From a virus (Duplodnaviria; Caudoviricetes), in the IMG/VR virus record IMGVR_UViG_3300044675_005052: a stretch of 64,000 bases of DNA. One strand, given 5' to 3'. Made by a program: the position numbers and the translations under genes. Below, one piece after another: positions 63,689 to 64,000 of this stretch (the stretch's first letter is position 1; each line of letters starts with the position of its first letter). The notes beneath the pieces were generated by a model that ran no database searches, had not been told where the DNA came from, and saw only the letters and a list, made by a program, of their open reading frames with translations.

Positions 63689-63928
63689 GTGAGTAGTGTT
63701 ACTTGGTCAGTATTTAGTGCTGAATATTTTAGTGAAGTAAAAAAAGAATCAATGTGGAGAAAACAAACTTTTCTTTATATGGGAGATTTATCCAACGTAG
63801 ATATGACAACAGATTGGAGATTTAGTGATGTTGAAGGAAAAAGAAGAAAGTGTGAATTTTTAGGGTTAATAGATAATCCGGAATTTCCACTAAAAGAACC
63901 AATAGAAACATATAGAAATAATGAGTAA
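63689..63928 (+). CDS. Hypothetical protein
   Basis: 79 aa ORF, start uncertain. Confidence 0.55.
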   Translation: MSSVTWSVFSAEYFSEVKKESMWRKQTFLYMGDLSNVDMTTDWRFSDVEGKRRKCEFLGLIDNPEFPLKEPIETYRNNE

Positions 63929-64000
63929 GTACGGAAAAACATTGGTTTTGGATTCAAGTTATATGCCAAGGTCTATCATAAACACTGAAAGGGCTTTTGT
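63921..64000 (+). CDS. 5' end of a probable HNH endonuclease (partial)
   Basis: MSKYGKTLVLDSSYMPRSIINTERAF resembles the LVLNA.Y.P...RA N-terminus of McrA-like HNH proteins. Confidence 0.55.
   Translation, partial: MSKYGKTLVLDSSYMPRSIINTERAF

Noticed and set aside
1-64000. Stop-codon reassignment (TAG or TGA recoding as in some Bacteroidota phages)
   Set aside because: Genes are intact under code 11, TAG/TGA stops are followed by new starts, and no suppressor tRNA is seen
1-64000. CRISPR array
   Set aside because: No regularly spaced 25-45-nt direct repeats with unique spacers; the repeats found are coding or terminators
1-64000. Interpretation as a bacterial chromosome segment
   Set aside because: Mostly small hypotheticals, endolysin, HNH-interrupted CCA-less tRNA array and isolated clpP/dnaK without their usual operon partners; not fully excluded, since no capsid or terminase gene is in the window

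Overview
AT-rich (about 30% GC by eye), gene-dense 64 kb segment, most consistent with a large tailed dsDNA (jumbo-type) phage of Bacteroidota, probably Flavobacteriia. Host evidence: TAnnTTTG promoters, A-rich leaders without Shine-Dalgarno sites, signal peptides ending in Gln, a T9SS C-terminal domain and a Bacteroidota-like DnaK. No capsid, terminase or polymerase gene is in the window, so the phage call is inferred. Recognisable genes: clpP, thyA, SlyD-like PPIase, dnaK, an archaeal-type AsnA/AsnRS-like catalytic core, acyl-CoA thioesterase, GH19 endolysin, two SLT/lysozyme-like proteins, seven glycosyltransferase-like genes, RNA-repair-associated domains, 14 tRNAs and an HNH endonuclease. 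Main highlights: (1) an 8-gene outer-membrane operon (cohesin/dockerin/T9SS protein, two CsgG-like proteins, two beta-barrels, C-type lectin-dockerin) just before the endolysin. (2) More than 20 unrelated proteins share an N-terminal MKIIITE-type leader resembling T4 capsid-targeting/prohead-protease signals, and many lie behind an ATATTTAT promoter-like motif in terminator-promoter cassettes. (3) An Asn theme: an Asn-Asn leader peptide plus terminator before the AsnRS-like gene, and a tRNA-Asn with a long variable arm. (4) Several structured or pseudoknotted ncRNA candidates between the tRNAs. All family calls come from motif recognition by eye, not database searches.
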